A stretch of 39,164 bases of DNA from Stramenopiles sp. TOSAG23-3 (taxonomy: Eukaryota): contig LT642185.1 in NCBI GenBank assembly GCA_900128585.1, positions 1 through 39,164 on the forward strand. Direction: 5' to 3'. The notes beneath the pieces were generated by a model. The model was not told the DNA's origin, did not search any database, and worked only from the letters and a program-made list of their open reading frames with translations. Both the position numbers and the translations under genes were made by a program. Positions 1 through 9,048 of this stretch are shown in pieces. How positions within the stretch are numbered: the stretch's first letter is position 1; every line of letters begins with the position of its first letter.

Positions 1-494
1 CAGCAGCATCGGTTTAGAATGACTCCATGCCAACTAGAAAAAAATCTTCTTTCCTAATATGTGATTTTGTTGTTGTTGTGCATATCTAATTCGTGTGTTT
101 TCCAAGCAGTGTTCATTCGACTGAAAAGAATGGAATAACATATTATGAAAGAAAGACATCTTTTCAAGAAGTTTAAATATTAGATGATTTTTTCGTTCGA
201 ACATTCTTCTTTGGCTTCTTCTTCTTCAACACCACCACCACGACCACGACGACCGCCGGCCGCCTCCGGACGACTCCGGGACGACGTCTTCTTCTTGTTT
301 CTTGTTGTTGTTGTTTGTTTTTTTGTTGTTGTTGTTTTGTTTGTTGACCATCCTCTTCTTTTCTTATTTTTTTTTTGCCTTCTTTGTTGTGGTCTTGTTG
401 TTGTTGTTATTATATTAGACGACTACTACTACTACTATTATTATATATAATAATAAATATAATAAAATAGAGACTATAAATAATATTATCAATA

Positions 495-714
495 TATAAA
501 AAATTCGTTTTATTATGTTGTTTTTATAATTGTTTATTTATTATTGAAGGTGTATTATGTGCATCATGTGTTAATTTGGTTGCCAGAGAGAAGAGAAATT
601 ATAGATTATTATAAAAAATTCGTTTTATTATATATTTGTTTTTAAGTGTTTATTTATTGAAGGTGTATGCATGTGTTAATTTGGTTGCCAGAGAGAAGAG
701 AAATTATAGATTAT
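495..714. repeat. Tandem duplication (about 115 bp + about 105 bp) just upstream of the ankyrin gene
   Basis: Copies 495-609 and 610-714 both start TATAAAAAATTCGTTTTATTAT and end in an identical CATGTGTTAATTTGGTTGCCAGAGAGAAGAGAAATTATAGATTAT. Confidence 0.92.
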
Positions 715-764
715 AATATACGACTATCTAAAAAGCACTCACCCTCGCAGATTTTTATAACATC

Positions 765-1427
765 ATGGCTGCCCACTCTGGTGGTCCGTTTGACATGACG
801 GTTGATCCAGAGGCTCTTATGAAAAGCCTTATCGAACGGCGTGCGGGCAAAGGAAAGTACCGCCAGTCAATCAGTAAATCGCTGTTTGATCTTCTCCCTA
901 AGATGAAGGACGTGCAAGAGTTTCACAATTTTCTTTTGAACCCATTGAACCGGGACGGGATGGACGTGATTCATAGGCAAAATCGAAATGGAGTGACGCC
1001 GCTGATGCTGGCGGCATCGTACGGGCAATTGGAAATTATGGAAAGTTTACTAGAGAAGGGCGCCAAGATAACCGACCGAGATAATGCCGGTCGGACAACG
1101 TTGATGTGGGCTGCACGTTGCAATTGTTACGAAGCTGTCGAAATGATCTTGCAGTTTCAAAAAGGAGAAACCCTCGAGGATAAAAATATGCATGGAATGA
1201 CGGCCTTTGACGAGGCTTTTCACAGGAAACAAGAAGAATGCATGGCACTCCTCATGTTTTATGGGTGTTCGATTACACGGGATCCACGGAACTATTCAAT
1301 TGCATGGAGTATTGAGACGGATGCCCGGGAAATGCTGCTAAAAGCCTCTGGAAATAGACTAGACCCCAACTTGTTGCACGCTGTGGGAAAGATGGTGCTA
1401 ACGCGGTTACCTTTGTTTTCGGGGTAG
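765..1427 (+). CDS. Ankyrin repeat protein (about 3 repeats)
   Basis: Motifs NGVTPLMLAASYGQLEIMESLLEKGA, GRTTLMWAARCNCYEAVEMIL and HGMTAFDEA; start context CATCATG. Confidence 0.9.
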   Translation: MAAHSGGPFDMTVDPEALMKSLIERRAGKGKYRQSISKSLFDLLPKMKDVQEFHNFLLNPLNRDGMDVIHRQNRNGVTPLMLAASYGQLEIMESLLEKGAKITDRDNAGRTTLMWAARCNCYEAVEMILQFQKGETLEDKNMHGMTAFDEAFHRKQEECMALLMFYGCSITRDPRNYSIAWSIETDAREMLLKASGNRLDPNLLHAVGKMVLTRLPLFSG

Positions 1428-1608
1428 ACACGGTTAACATTTGGGGATAGCAAAAACATTTTTTTCCCCCCCGTCTCAAAAGTCAACATGATGACTGTTG
1501 TTCCCTGTTGCGTTTTTTACCGGGTAGAGTGTAGAGTATTAAAAAATATAGAAGAAAATATAAGAGTACTACAGAATTTTTTTTTTAATTTTTTTTTTAG
1601 TCGTCTAG

Positions 1609-1671
1609 AGTATGTTTTAAGACTCTCATTTTAAATCAAATACTACTTCAAATCCAATAATATTAATAAAG
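1609..1671 (+). repeat. Dispersed repeat module A (intron-like copy)
   Basis: AGTATGTTTTAAGACTCTCATTTTAAATC is identical over 29 nt to 19020-19048 and continues AAATACTACTTCAAAT...TAATAAAG. Confidence 0.85.
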
Positions 1672-1680
1672 TATAAATCC

Positions 1681-2871
1681 TTAATTCGGGACAAGATAGC
1701 CATGGTTTAGACTCTCCTCTTCAAGCCGGCTCTCTATTGTACTTCTACGCCATTTCATTTCAACGCCCAGTATACTTACCACTTTCTCTTGCGGCTCTGT
1801 CGGTTGCATAGTGGGTGTTTCTTCTTTCGAGAGAGCAAATGCCAACACCCCCGAAACGACCACCATGCAAGCAAGGCTTCGCATGACCGTGCTGCACTGT
1901 TCACGATGGCTTGAACAGAAGAAGAAAGAGCTGAAGGAGAAAATTACGACCGTAACAAGCGTTCCAATTACCCCGACAAAGGTGGACCCCTTGCTTTCGA
2001 TCGTGCGGAAAAACCCAACATTTTGGGTAAGAGAAAACAATGCAACCAAGGCGTACACGAGAACCGTTTGGGTTGCGCCCGACTCCATCTCGTCCATCCG
2101 ATGAAGGACCAAACTATTCCATTCTGGCAAGACAAAAACCACTATGTACAGTACGGTGTACAATAGGCAAAATGCGGAAACGTAAAATATGAACTGATTC
2201 ATCGGCGGCGGGGGCAACAGCCGCTTGCTTTTTACGTCGTGGACTTGGACGTACGCATGGTTGCTGATAAACATTTCGGTCAGCGCGCCCGTCAGCGCCT
2301 GTGAAACAGCACACATTAATGAGCAAACGACACCGAGGGCAATAGAACCGGCTCCTACAGACGCAGAAGACGTCAGTGCGTCGGCCCCTTCGCTCTGGCC
2401 TTTGGCCGGCAAAGGCCGGCTTGCACTTTCCGCACCGAGCGTTGACGCGTACAGACCAGCAACGATGACCACGAGGGACAGGGTTTGCTGTTTGTTTATG
2501 TTTCTACCAAAGAAAAGTTTTCCCGCCATCGCGGCAAATAAGGGGACACTACTGTACACAAGCTGAAAGATAGAACTTCCGGCGTAGTCTATGGCAATAA
2601 TGGAAAGTGCAGTCCCGGCAAGCCTGAGGGTGGCAAACAGGCCAATGTAATAGAGTTGCTTCGCCGTGAGTGGCACCACTGCGGCAGCGTCTTCCTTACC
2701 CCCACCCTTTGGCCGTACAAACCAACTGCTAAGTAACCACCCAAAATAGAAAAAAAACAGGACCAGCCCTGTCTTTGGATCCCCTACGCCCATGTACACC
2801 GCAAGCTGAGAGCACAGAGTCCCCGTCGCACCACCGACTACGTACATACTCGCAGCCAGGAATACCGACAT
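1681..2871 (-). CDS. Drug/metabolite transporter superfamily (SLC35/EamA-like) membrane protein
   Basis: About 10 hydrophobic segments. GSSIFQLVYSSVPLFAAMAGKLFFGRNINKQQ resembles the SLC35 pattern 'S.F.......FTA......L.R.....QW'. Confidence 0.8.
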   Translation of the reverse strand: MSVFLAASMYVVGGATGTLCSQLAVYMGVGDPKTGLVLFFFYFGWLLSSWFVRPKGGGKEDAAAVVPLTAKQLYYIGLFATLRLAGTALSIIAIDYAGSSIFQLVYSSVPLFAAMAGKLFFGRNINKQQTLSLVVIVAGLYASTLGAESASRPLPAKGQSEGADALTSSASVGAGSIALGVVCSLMCAVSQALTGALTEMFISNHAYVQVHDVKSKRLLPPPPMNQFIFYVSAFCLLYTVLYIVVFVLPEWNSLVLHRMDEMESGATQTVLVYALVALFSLTQNVGFFRTIESKGSTFVGVIGTLVTVVIFSFSSFFFCSSHREQCSTVMRSLACMVVVSGVLAFALSKEETPTMQPTEPQEKVVSILGVEMKWRRSTIESRLEEESLNHGYLVPN

Positions 2872-3497
2872 GGTTGCCTGCCTTTTACTTACTGGGACCC
2901 ACGCCTAACGGTATTCGCGCATACAGTGTAGACACCAACGATTCAAATGCAAAGATAGCAATTTAACGACATCGTAATGGAACTCAAGAATTAACTATTC
3001 TGTTTCATTTCGTTATATTTTTCTATATGTAAATGTTTGTTTAGCTTTTGATTATCGAATATTTGAATTTTGCACGTTTGTTTTATTATTAGTAGTTTTA
3101 TTATTATTTTATACTTGGTAGAATAGTAATCTCTTCTCGCTCCTCTGTGGTGGCCAGAGCAGAGAGGAAGGGAAGAAGAGAAGAAGAAGAAGAAGAAGAA
3201 GAAAAGGAAGAAGAAGAAGAAAAAAAAATAAAAGAAAAAAAAAGAGAAGAAGAAAAATTTTGATGGCCGATGATTGTATGTGATGAAATGAATTTACCAC
3301 ACACCATTTGGTCGCGGTCAGAAATAAATGGTACAGAATAGATCAACAGTAAAGAGTGAGGTGGTATCTATCTCATTTGAATTATTCGGATATTGGTGAA
3401 CTAGAAGTCGTCTATACATAGAGCAGGAAAGGTTTAAGGACCACCTGAGAACAAAAAATTAGAAAACACGGCGATATTGGTATATAGTGTGTGTATT

Positions 3498-4823
3498 ATG
3501 GCGGCTGTTGTAGAAAAACCGGAGCGGAAATTTTTGGTGTCTGTTACTGGCTTTGGGCCGTTTGGGAAAGTCACGTCGAATCCAAGCACTCGTCTCGTCG
3601 AGGGCTTGAAAAAGTTAGAGCACGTTACCAGCACGGTTACTTGGAAATTGAGCAATGCATCGGTCCTAGAAGTGTCAAAAGTTGGGGTAGACTCTGAGCT
3701 AGAGCATATACAGGCCAAAGCGTCGTCGTTGGGGACATATTCTGATCATCGGTTTGTGATCCTACACCTTCACCTTGGCGTGCACGGCGGCGCAACGAAA
3801 ATACACATAGAGCAGCAGGCCTACAACTGCGACGATTTTAGAATTCCCGACCAGCGCGGACTGCAAGTGCGCAACAAAAAAATAGACCCCTCGTTCGGGT
3901 ACGGTGCTTTCCGGACCTCCGTGGACACCCGGAAACTTGTCCGGGATTTAAATCAAGACAGGTATTTTTGTGTCTCGGATGACCCGGGTCGATTTTTGTG
4001 CAACCATGTGTACTTCAAAAGTCTGCAATACTGCGCGGAGAACAAGACCTTCCTGGGGGATGCCAACGAGCACCATAGCCTCTTCGTGCACATTCCCACG
4101 TTTGACGTCATCCCTGAAGAGAAGCAGTTGCAGTTGATCATTACTATGCTCAATCAGGTATCGTCCGATTTTGGAAGGTACAGGAAAACGGGAAGGCCGG
4201 AACCGCTAGCACCTATTGTTGATACCTCTGAATCGGCCTCTTATAAGCCTTCCGTGGCCGTGTTGTCCGGGGCAGAGTTGGTCGAGAATCAAACAGCAAA
4301 TTTTATGAAACTAGGGCTTGGGTACCCAGCGCATTTAGTGCGAGTGGCGGTGCAAATGTTGGTAAACAACAAATACGAGACCGATGCCGACAGTATCGTG
4401 AACTGTTTGTTGAGCTTAGGCGACCATGCCGCGTCAAACATTATCAATTCGAGGGTGAAGAAAAAGATGGTGATTTTGGTCAGACAAGATTTGGCAATGT
4501 CACCTGGAAAAATAGCTGCACAGTGCTGCCATGCGACGCTTGGAAATTACCGAGCACTTCTGCATCAGCACAACCGGACGCTTCGTGGAGACTTGCAGCA
4601 ATGGCAAGCGCAAGGCGAGCCGACTATCATCTTGCAAGTGCCCAGTGCAAACCAATTGACAGCCTTGTGCAGGCAGGCAAATGCCCAACGCATACCCGTC
4701 TATAAGGTGCACGATGCTGGGAAGACGCAAGTCGAAAGCGGTACGTTGACGTGCGCGACTTTGGGACCAGCTGACGACGAGAGCATCGATAAAATTACAG
4801 GTTCGTTGAAATTGTTGCCCTGA
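3498..4823 (+). CDS. PTH2: Pyroglutamyl-peptidase I (C15) + UBA-like linker + peptidyl-tRNA hydrolase type 2 fusion (441 aa from the ATG at 3498)
   Basis: C15 motifs VTGFGPFG..NPS, HLGV, IEQQAYN, DPGRFLCNHVYF and FVHIP. Pth2 motifs KMVILVRQDLAMSPGKIAAQCCHA, DAGKTQV and IDKITGSLKLL. One uninterrupted ORF. Confidence 0.9.
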   Translation: MAAVVEKPERKFLVSVTGFGPFGKVTSNPSTRLVEGLKKLEHVTSTVTWKLSNASVLEVSKVGVDSELEHIQAKASSLGTYSDHRFVILHLHLGVHGGATKIHIEQQAYNCDDFRIPDQRGLQVRNKKIDPSFGYGAFRTSVDTRKLVRDLNQDRYFCVSDDPGRFLCNHVYFKSLQYCAENKTFLGDANEHHSLFVHIPTFDVIPEEKQLQLIITMLNQVSSDFGRYRKTGRPEPLAPIVDTSESASYKPSVAVLSGAELVENQTANFMKLGLGYPAHLVRVAVQMLVNNKYETDADSIVNCLLSLGDHAASNIINSRVKKKMVILVRQDLAMSPGKIAAQCCHATLGNYRALLHQHNRTLRGDLQQWQAQGEPTIILQVPSANQLTALCRQANAQRIPVYKVHDAGKTQVESGTLTCATLGPADDESIDKITGSLKLLP

Positions 4824-4960
4824 AATGAAGAGAGGTGTGCTTTAGACAACTCACATTAACATAAACGCATTAAAAGGTAATAAGAATTCTTAAAAGCTCA
4901 AGGTATTTGTAAGACGTATGGTAGGAAGAGCTCTTACATAGACTGTACACAATATATACG

Positions 4961-5057
4961 TTAAAAAACAAGAAAATTGGCTGTTATTTATAAGTAACTA
5001 AATTTAGCGTCCTCATACCCTAACGTTTTAAATAACAGCCAATTTTCTTGTTTTTAA
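4961..5057. mobile_element. MITE-like element: about 29-bp inverted repeats around a 38-bp core
   Basis: Left arm TTAAAAAACAAGAAAATTGGCTGTTATTTA (4961-4990); right arm TAAATAACAGCCAATTTTCTTGTTTTTAA (5029-5057). Core 4999-5023 recurs exactly, inverted, at 18933-18957. Confidence 0.6.
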
Positions 5058-5150
5058 TCCTAAACTTAACGTAAGTATGATATTTCTTACTTTGTAAATT
5101 GAAAACAGAAATTTTATTGAGACCAACGAGGGAGACATTCTCTATCGCGT

Positions 5151-7997
5151 TTACTTGCCTTGCAAATGTTTCGTTCTTGGATTCCCAGGGCACCCCACTC
5201 CACTCAACAAGTGCCGTCTCCAGCCAGCCTCTCCTGCGGGTTTGACTACAACTTGGCACAGTGGACAGCACCTCTCCATTTGCTTCAACTTTCCTGCGTT
5301 ATCCTTCTTAAACTTATCCCGGTGCTCGCACTCGGTCGTCATATGCTCGTGCAAGCACATGATCTCTACGACTTGCCCACAGAGGCGGCAGCTTGTCAAA
5401 ACAGGGCACTCTTTCCAGTAGTGCATATCTAATAAATCGTCCGTAAAATTGGGGTCGTACCGGTTGCAGAATTGGCAAGTGAAAGGGTCAAGATCAGCCT
5501 CTTCGCTTTCGTCCTGGCCAACGGACATTTCGTTGTTTCGCATCTTACTATTTCCCCCAGCGTTCGAAGGCGACGTGGTTACATTAATATTGATGTTAAT
5601 GTCTCGCCCGTCGGGCCCGGTCACTCGAACTTGCCCCGGCGAACCTCTAACGGGTGAATTGGCCACGTTCCCGCCTCCGCCACCAAGGGCCGTAGCTGCT
5701 TCCCGGTTCACGTTCTCCATCTCTCGGATCTGTTCTCGCCGTTTCTGCTGTTTCCTCTGGCGGTTGTCGTTCTTTGCCTTCGATTTTCCAGGCGGCGCGC
5801 CGCCCGCAGCGGCAAAAGCTGCCCTATACTCCTCTAATTGTTTTTCTCTCAGTCCGCCAAGATACGGCTCTATTTGGTCTCCGCAGGCTTGGTACAGCGC
5901 AACGCACAGCTCTTTTGCGGCAACGCGAACTTCGTTGTTTCCGTGGGCAAACCCGTTGGAGACCTTGATGTGTTCCATAACCGCATCAAGGCTTATCCCC
6001 GACGTTGGCCCGAGACCATACGCCATTACAAGGCTGCGAATCAAACTCAACCTGGCAACTACAGGCTTTTTAGAAGTCATCTGCGACTTCTTCGGTTTCC
6101 GCAATACCATGGACGAAACGTACGGGGGGCCTAGGCATGGGGCCTGCGCCATTACCATAAGCGTGGACGCAGACTCCTGCCGGACGCGAGGGTTTGAATC
6201 ACCAACTTTTTCAACCAACGCAGGCGTAAACATCCCGAGCATGGAGGTAACTTCGCCCCTACGCAGGTCGTGGCAGACCGTTAGGGTCCTTTGCAAGATG
6301 CTAAGGGCGGCGAGGAAGACCTGAGAGACCTTGTCCCTCGCAAACATGTTAAGCATATGCGCGATGGCAGCAAAAATTCCCATGTCTCCTTGCTCGCGGG
6401 CGTGCTTCTCAAGGTCCAAATTGACTTTGTTCATGGCAGCCTCGCGAAGGGCCCATGTCTTGCTGTACAAGCAGGAGGCAACGTACTCTCCAAACAGACG
6501 AATTAAGTCGTCCGCGTCTTTCGTGGCTGCCGCGGACATGGGCTCAGGGTCTGGCAAGTTGTCCGCCCCCGACACACCGCTGAGGGGGTGGGGCCCAGAG
6601 CGCGGGGCCGCCTTGGGCGGCTGCTCGGACATCCCGGCAGCACTCGCTCCGCCAGGCCCCATGGAGCGGGGAGACCTTTCTTTGGGGCGTTGGGCCGGCG
6701 GGCGAGTGGCGCCCTTCACCGGAGACCGGGCAATTAAATCTTTCCCGGGCGGTGGCGCGTTCGGGTCGGCGGGTTTCGCCTGCGGGGCCTCCTGCGCGGG
6801 CTTTGGCCTGCGCTGTTGAATTGGCTGCTGGGGGGATGGCCGCTTCGGTGGTGGCGACTGCGCATGAACGTTGTGAACCTGTGCGCTCGGTCCATTGCTG
6901 CCGCCGCCGATCGGTCGGTCGTCCCGTTGCACCTCGTTCGCACGTCGGTTCTGCAACGGCGTTGGCATGACCACCTGTTGCCCACCCTGAAAACCCTGGG
7001 GGTACTTGTTTGGCGACCCCCCGTTGCCGGTGGCATTGTTGTAGATGGGCTCCATTGGCCTGCGGGCATTGGCTGGCGACGACGCCGCTATCCCGGAGCC
7101 GCGCGGCGGAGGGCCGGCCCCCGCCCCACCAGCGGCTTGGGCCTTCCGCAAGTACTCGTGGAAGGCGGGGATTCTCTGCAACCGATCTTCGATGCCCATC
7201 CTCAGGCGGTCGATCTCCCCTTTGAGCGACTGCGCTACGTCGTAGTCTTCGCGCTGGACGGCAGCGCGCTTCTGGGTGACCATTTTCGCCAGCTGCACGC
7301 CAATGACTTTCAGCTGCTGCTCGACCGCTTTCAGCGATTTTGCCTGCTCGTAGTTTTCTTGGGCAACGCAGTATTGCTTTGCGAGGTTCACTTCACGGAT
7401 CTTTTGCGCGGTGACGTCATCAAAGTTCATGTCAAACGCCAGGTCATCCAAGGCAAGAACCGACTTTTGGCTCATGTGATCCGGCAAGTCTTGCCCCCCG
7501 AGGGCTTTCGGGAGCCGGGTCGTCGGCCCGTCCAAGCCCAGGGCGTGGTCGGCCTCCCCCAACACGTTGATGGCGATCAGGCCGACTTGGTTGTACAGAT
7601 TGTACTTATTGATGTAGCACTTGTGAAGTCGTACCTTGAGAAAGGTGCATTGCGAGTCGACGTAGACGGACTTGAGTTCCCTGGCCCTGTGCCCACTTCG
7701 CTCGTTGTTGTCCAAGGACATGTACCCCAACCGTTTGAACGAGCACTCGGGCAGCGAGTCCGCTTTCCCTACGTATAGCTCCAGCTTGGTCGCAATTTTC
7801 GACTGGTGCGAGAGAAACTGCACCTGCTGAACGCGCACTTTTTTGCCTTTGAAGCTCAAGATAACTTCCTGCGGAAACTCGCAGAACCTCGGCGACAGCC
7901 ACCCTTTTGTGGTCGGCGAGTGAATGTTCAACTCCGCCGCCGGGAACTCTGGGTCTTCCCCAGTACACGAAATGACCGCAAACGTTAGTTTCCCCAT
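5151..7997 (-). CDS. CEP104: Centrosomal/ciliary tip protein CEP104 (FAP256-like)
   Basis: N-terminal jelly-roll (GWLSPRFCEFPQE, LSHQSKI, NERSGHRARELKSV, NLYNQVGLIAINVLG), UVR-like coiled coils, TOG/HEAT region (YSKTWALREAA) and C-terminal Zn fingers (CQFC...LDMHYWKECPVL..C..C). Confidence 0.95.
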   Translation of the reverse strand: MGKLTFAVISCTGEDPEFPAAELNIHSPTTKGWLSPRFCEFPQEVILSFKGKKVRVQQVQFLSHQSKIATKLELYVGKADSLPECSFKRLGYMSLDNNERSGHRARELKSVYVDSQCTFLKVRLHKCYINKYNLYNQVGLIAINVLGEADHALGLDGPTTRLPKALGGQDLPDHMSQKSVLALDDLAFDMNFDDVTAQKIREVNLAKQYCVAQENYEQAKSLKAVEQQLKVIGVQLAKMVTQKRAAVQREDYDVAQSLKGEIDRLRMGIEDRLQRIPAFHEYLRKAQAAGGAGAGPPPRGSGIAASSPANARRPMEPIYNNATGNGGSPNKYPQGFQGGQQVVMPTPLQNRRANEVQRDDRPIGGGSNGPSAQVHNVHAQSPPPKRPSPQQPIQQRRPKPAQEAPQAKPADPNAPPPGKDLIARSPVKGATRPPAQRPKERSPRSMGPGGASAAGMSEQPPKAAPRSGPHPLSGVSGADNLPDPEPMSAAATKDADDLIRLFGEYVASCLYSKTWALREAAMNKVNLDLEKHAREQGDMGIFAAIAHMLNMFARDKVSQVFLAALSILQRTLTVCHDLRRGEVTSMLGMFTPALVEKVGDSNPRVRQESASTLMVMAQAPCLGPPYVSSMVLRKPKKSQMTSKKPVVARLSLIRSLVMAYGLGPTSGISLDAVMEHIKVSNGFAHGNNEVRVAAKELCVALYQACGDQIEPYLGGLREKQLEEYRAAFAAAGGAPPGKSKAKNDNRQRKQQKRREQIREMENVNREAATALGGGGGNVANSPVRGSPGQVRVTGPDGRDINININVTTSPSNAGGNSKMRNNEMSVGQDESEEADLDPFTCQFCNRYDPNFTDDLLDMHYWKECPVLTSCRLCGQVVEIMCLHEHMTTECEHRDKFKKDNAGKLKQMERCCPLCQVVVKPAGEAGWRRHLLSGVGCPGNPRTKHLQGK

Positions 7998-8266
7998 GCT
8001 GCTGCTGCTTTGCTGCTTGCTCTTTTTTTCTGAGAAACAATCAAACGAAAAAAAATCAAACCAAACGATAGTTAAATGCCCAACTAGCCTAAATGAAACA
8101 ATGCTACGTTGAATTTGGATAAGAGTAGAAAATAATCTCTTCTATGTTTTCTTCTGTTTACATATATACTATGTAAACACATAGGAGGGGTAACTTCTTT
8201 TCTTCTTTAACTTAATTATTATTTCTAAATTATAATCACATAACTACTAACAACAACAACACTCTC

Positions 8267-8302
8267 CTCTTCTTCTTCTTCTTCTTCTTCTTCTTCTTCT
8301 TC
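8267..8302. repeat. (CTT)n microsatellite
   Basis: Direct reading of the sequence. Confidence 0.9.
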
Positions 8303-9048
8303 AATTTTGTTTTTGTTGTTCTTTTTACTATCTATCACAGTATACTGTGTCTATGTTATTTAAACAAGAATGGACTACCTCCTTTTTCAAAAATAAAATA
8401 AAAAATGACATTCAAATTCAAATAAATATAAATCTTCTCTTTTTATTTACCTTTGATAATACCGATGGTATTAATATGTACATAGGACTAGTAGTAAATA
8501 GAATTGAAAATATATAAAATATAGAAAAGAAGAAGAAAAGCTATTTAGACTATAGAATATAGAAGCAAAAATGAAGAATAGTATACTTGTAATAACTTCC
8601 TCCTATATAAATTGGTAGAGTGAAAATAAAATAGAACTTTTTTGGTTAAAATAATAAGTTTTTCCGTCAGTTTACCTGTTATTCAATGTTATTTTGTGCA
8701 ACACTAACTCCCTGCTTTCATCCTAATTTATCAAATTAACTCTCTGATGTTATTACATGTACATATACCAAGGTATTCTTCAATAAATAAACATCAAATA
8801 GCATGAAAGGTCACAGGTTAAATAAAAATTATTTTGAGAAGAAAGAAGAAGAAGATTCTAATTCTTCTATTAATTTTTCTAGACATCTTAAACCCTAATA
8901 AATAAAATAATATACGAAAAGAAGGGTAGTACAGCATTGTGAATGAAGCGAACATCTCTGAAATTAAGGGAGAGTCATCCTATTATTACCTATTATCCAT
9001 ATATCATCGTAGAGATATAATAATAAATTTGTTATATAAAATACATGT

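Noticed and set aside
579-593. RFX X-box-like GTTGCC in the duplicated promoter
   Set aside because: Only a half-site, and nothing in the window indicates this lineage has RFX.
5449-7778. Long antisense ORFs opposite CEP104 (also opposite the 17094, 11237 and 37385 genes)
   Set aside because: Expected shadow ORFs of GC-rich coding sequence, with no recognisable motifs.
8890-8898. Telomere-like AAACCCTAA / TTAGGG words (also 5017, 18933 and 35141)
   Set aside because: Single units only, with no tandem telomeric array.
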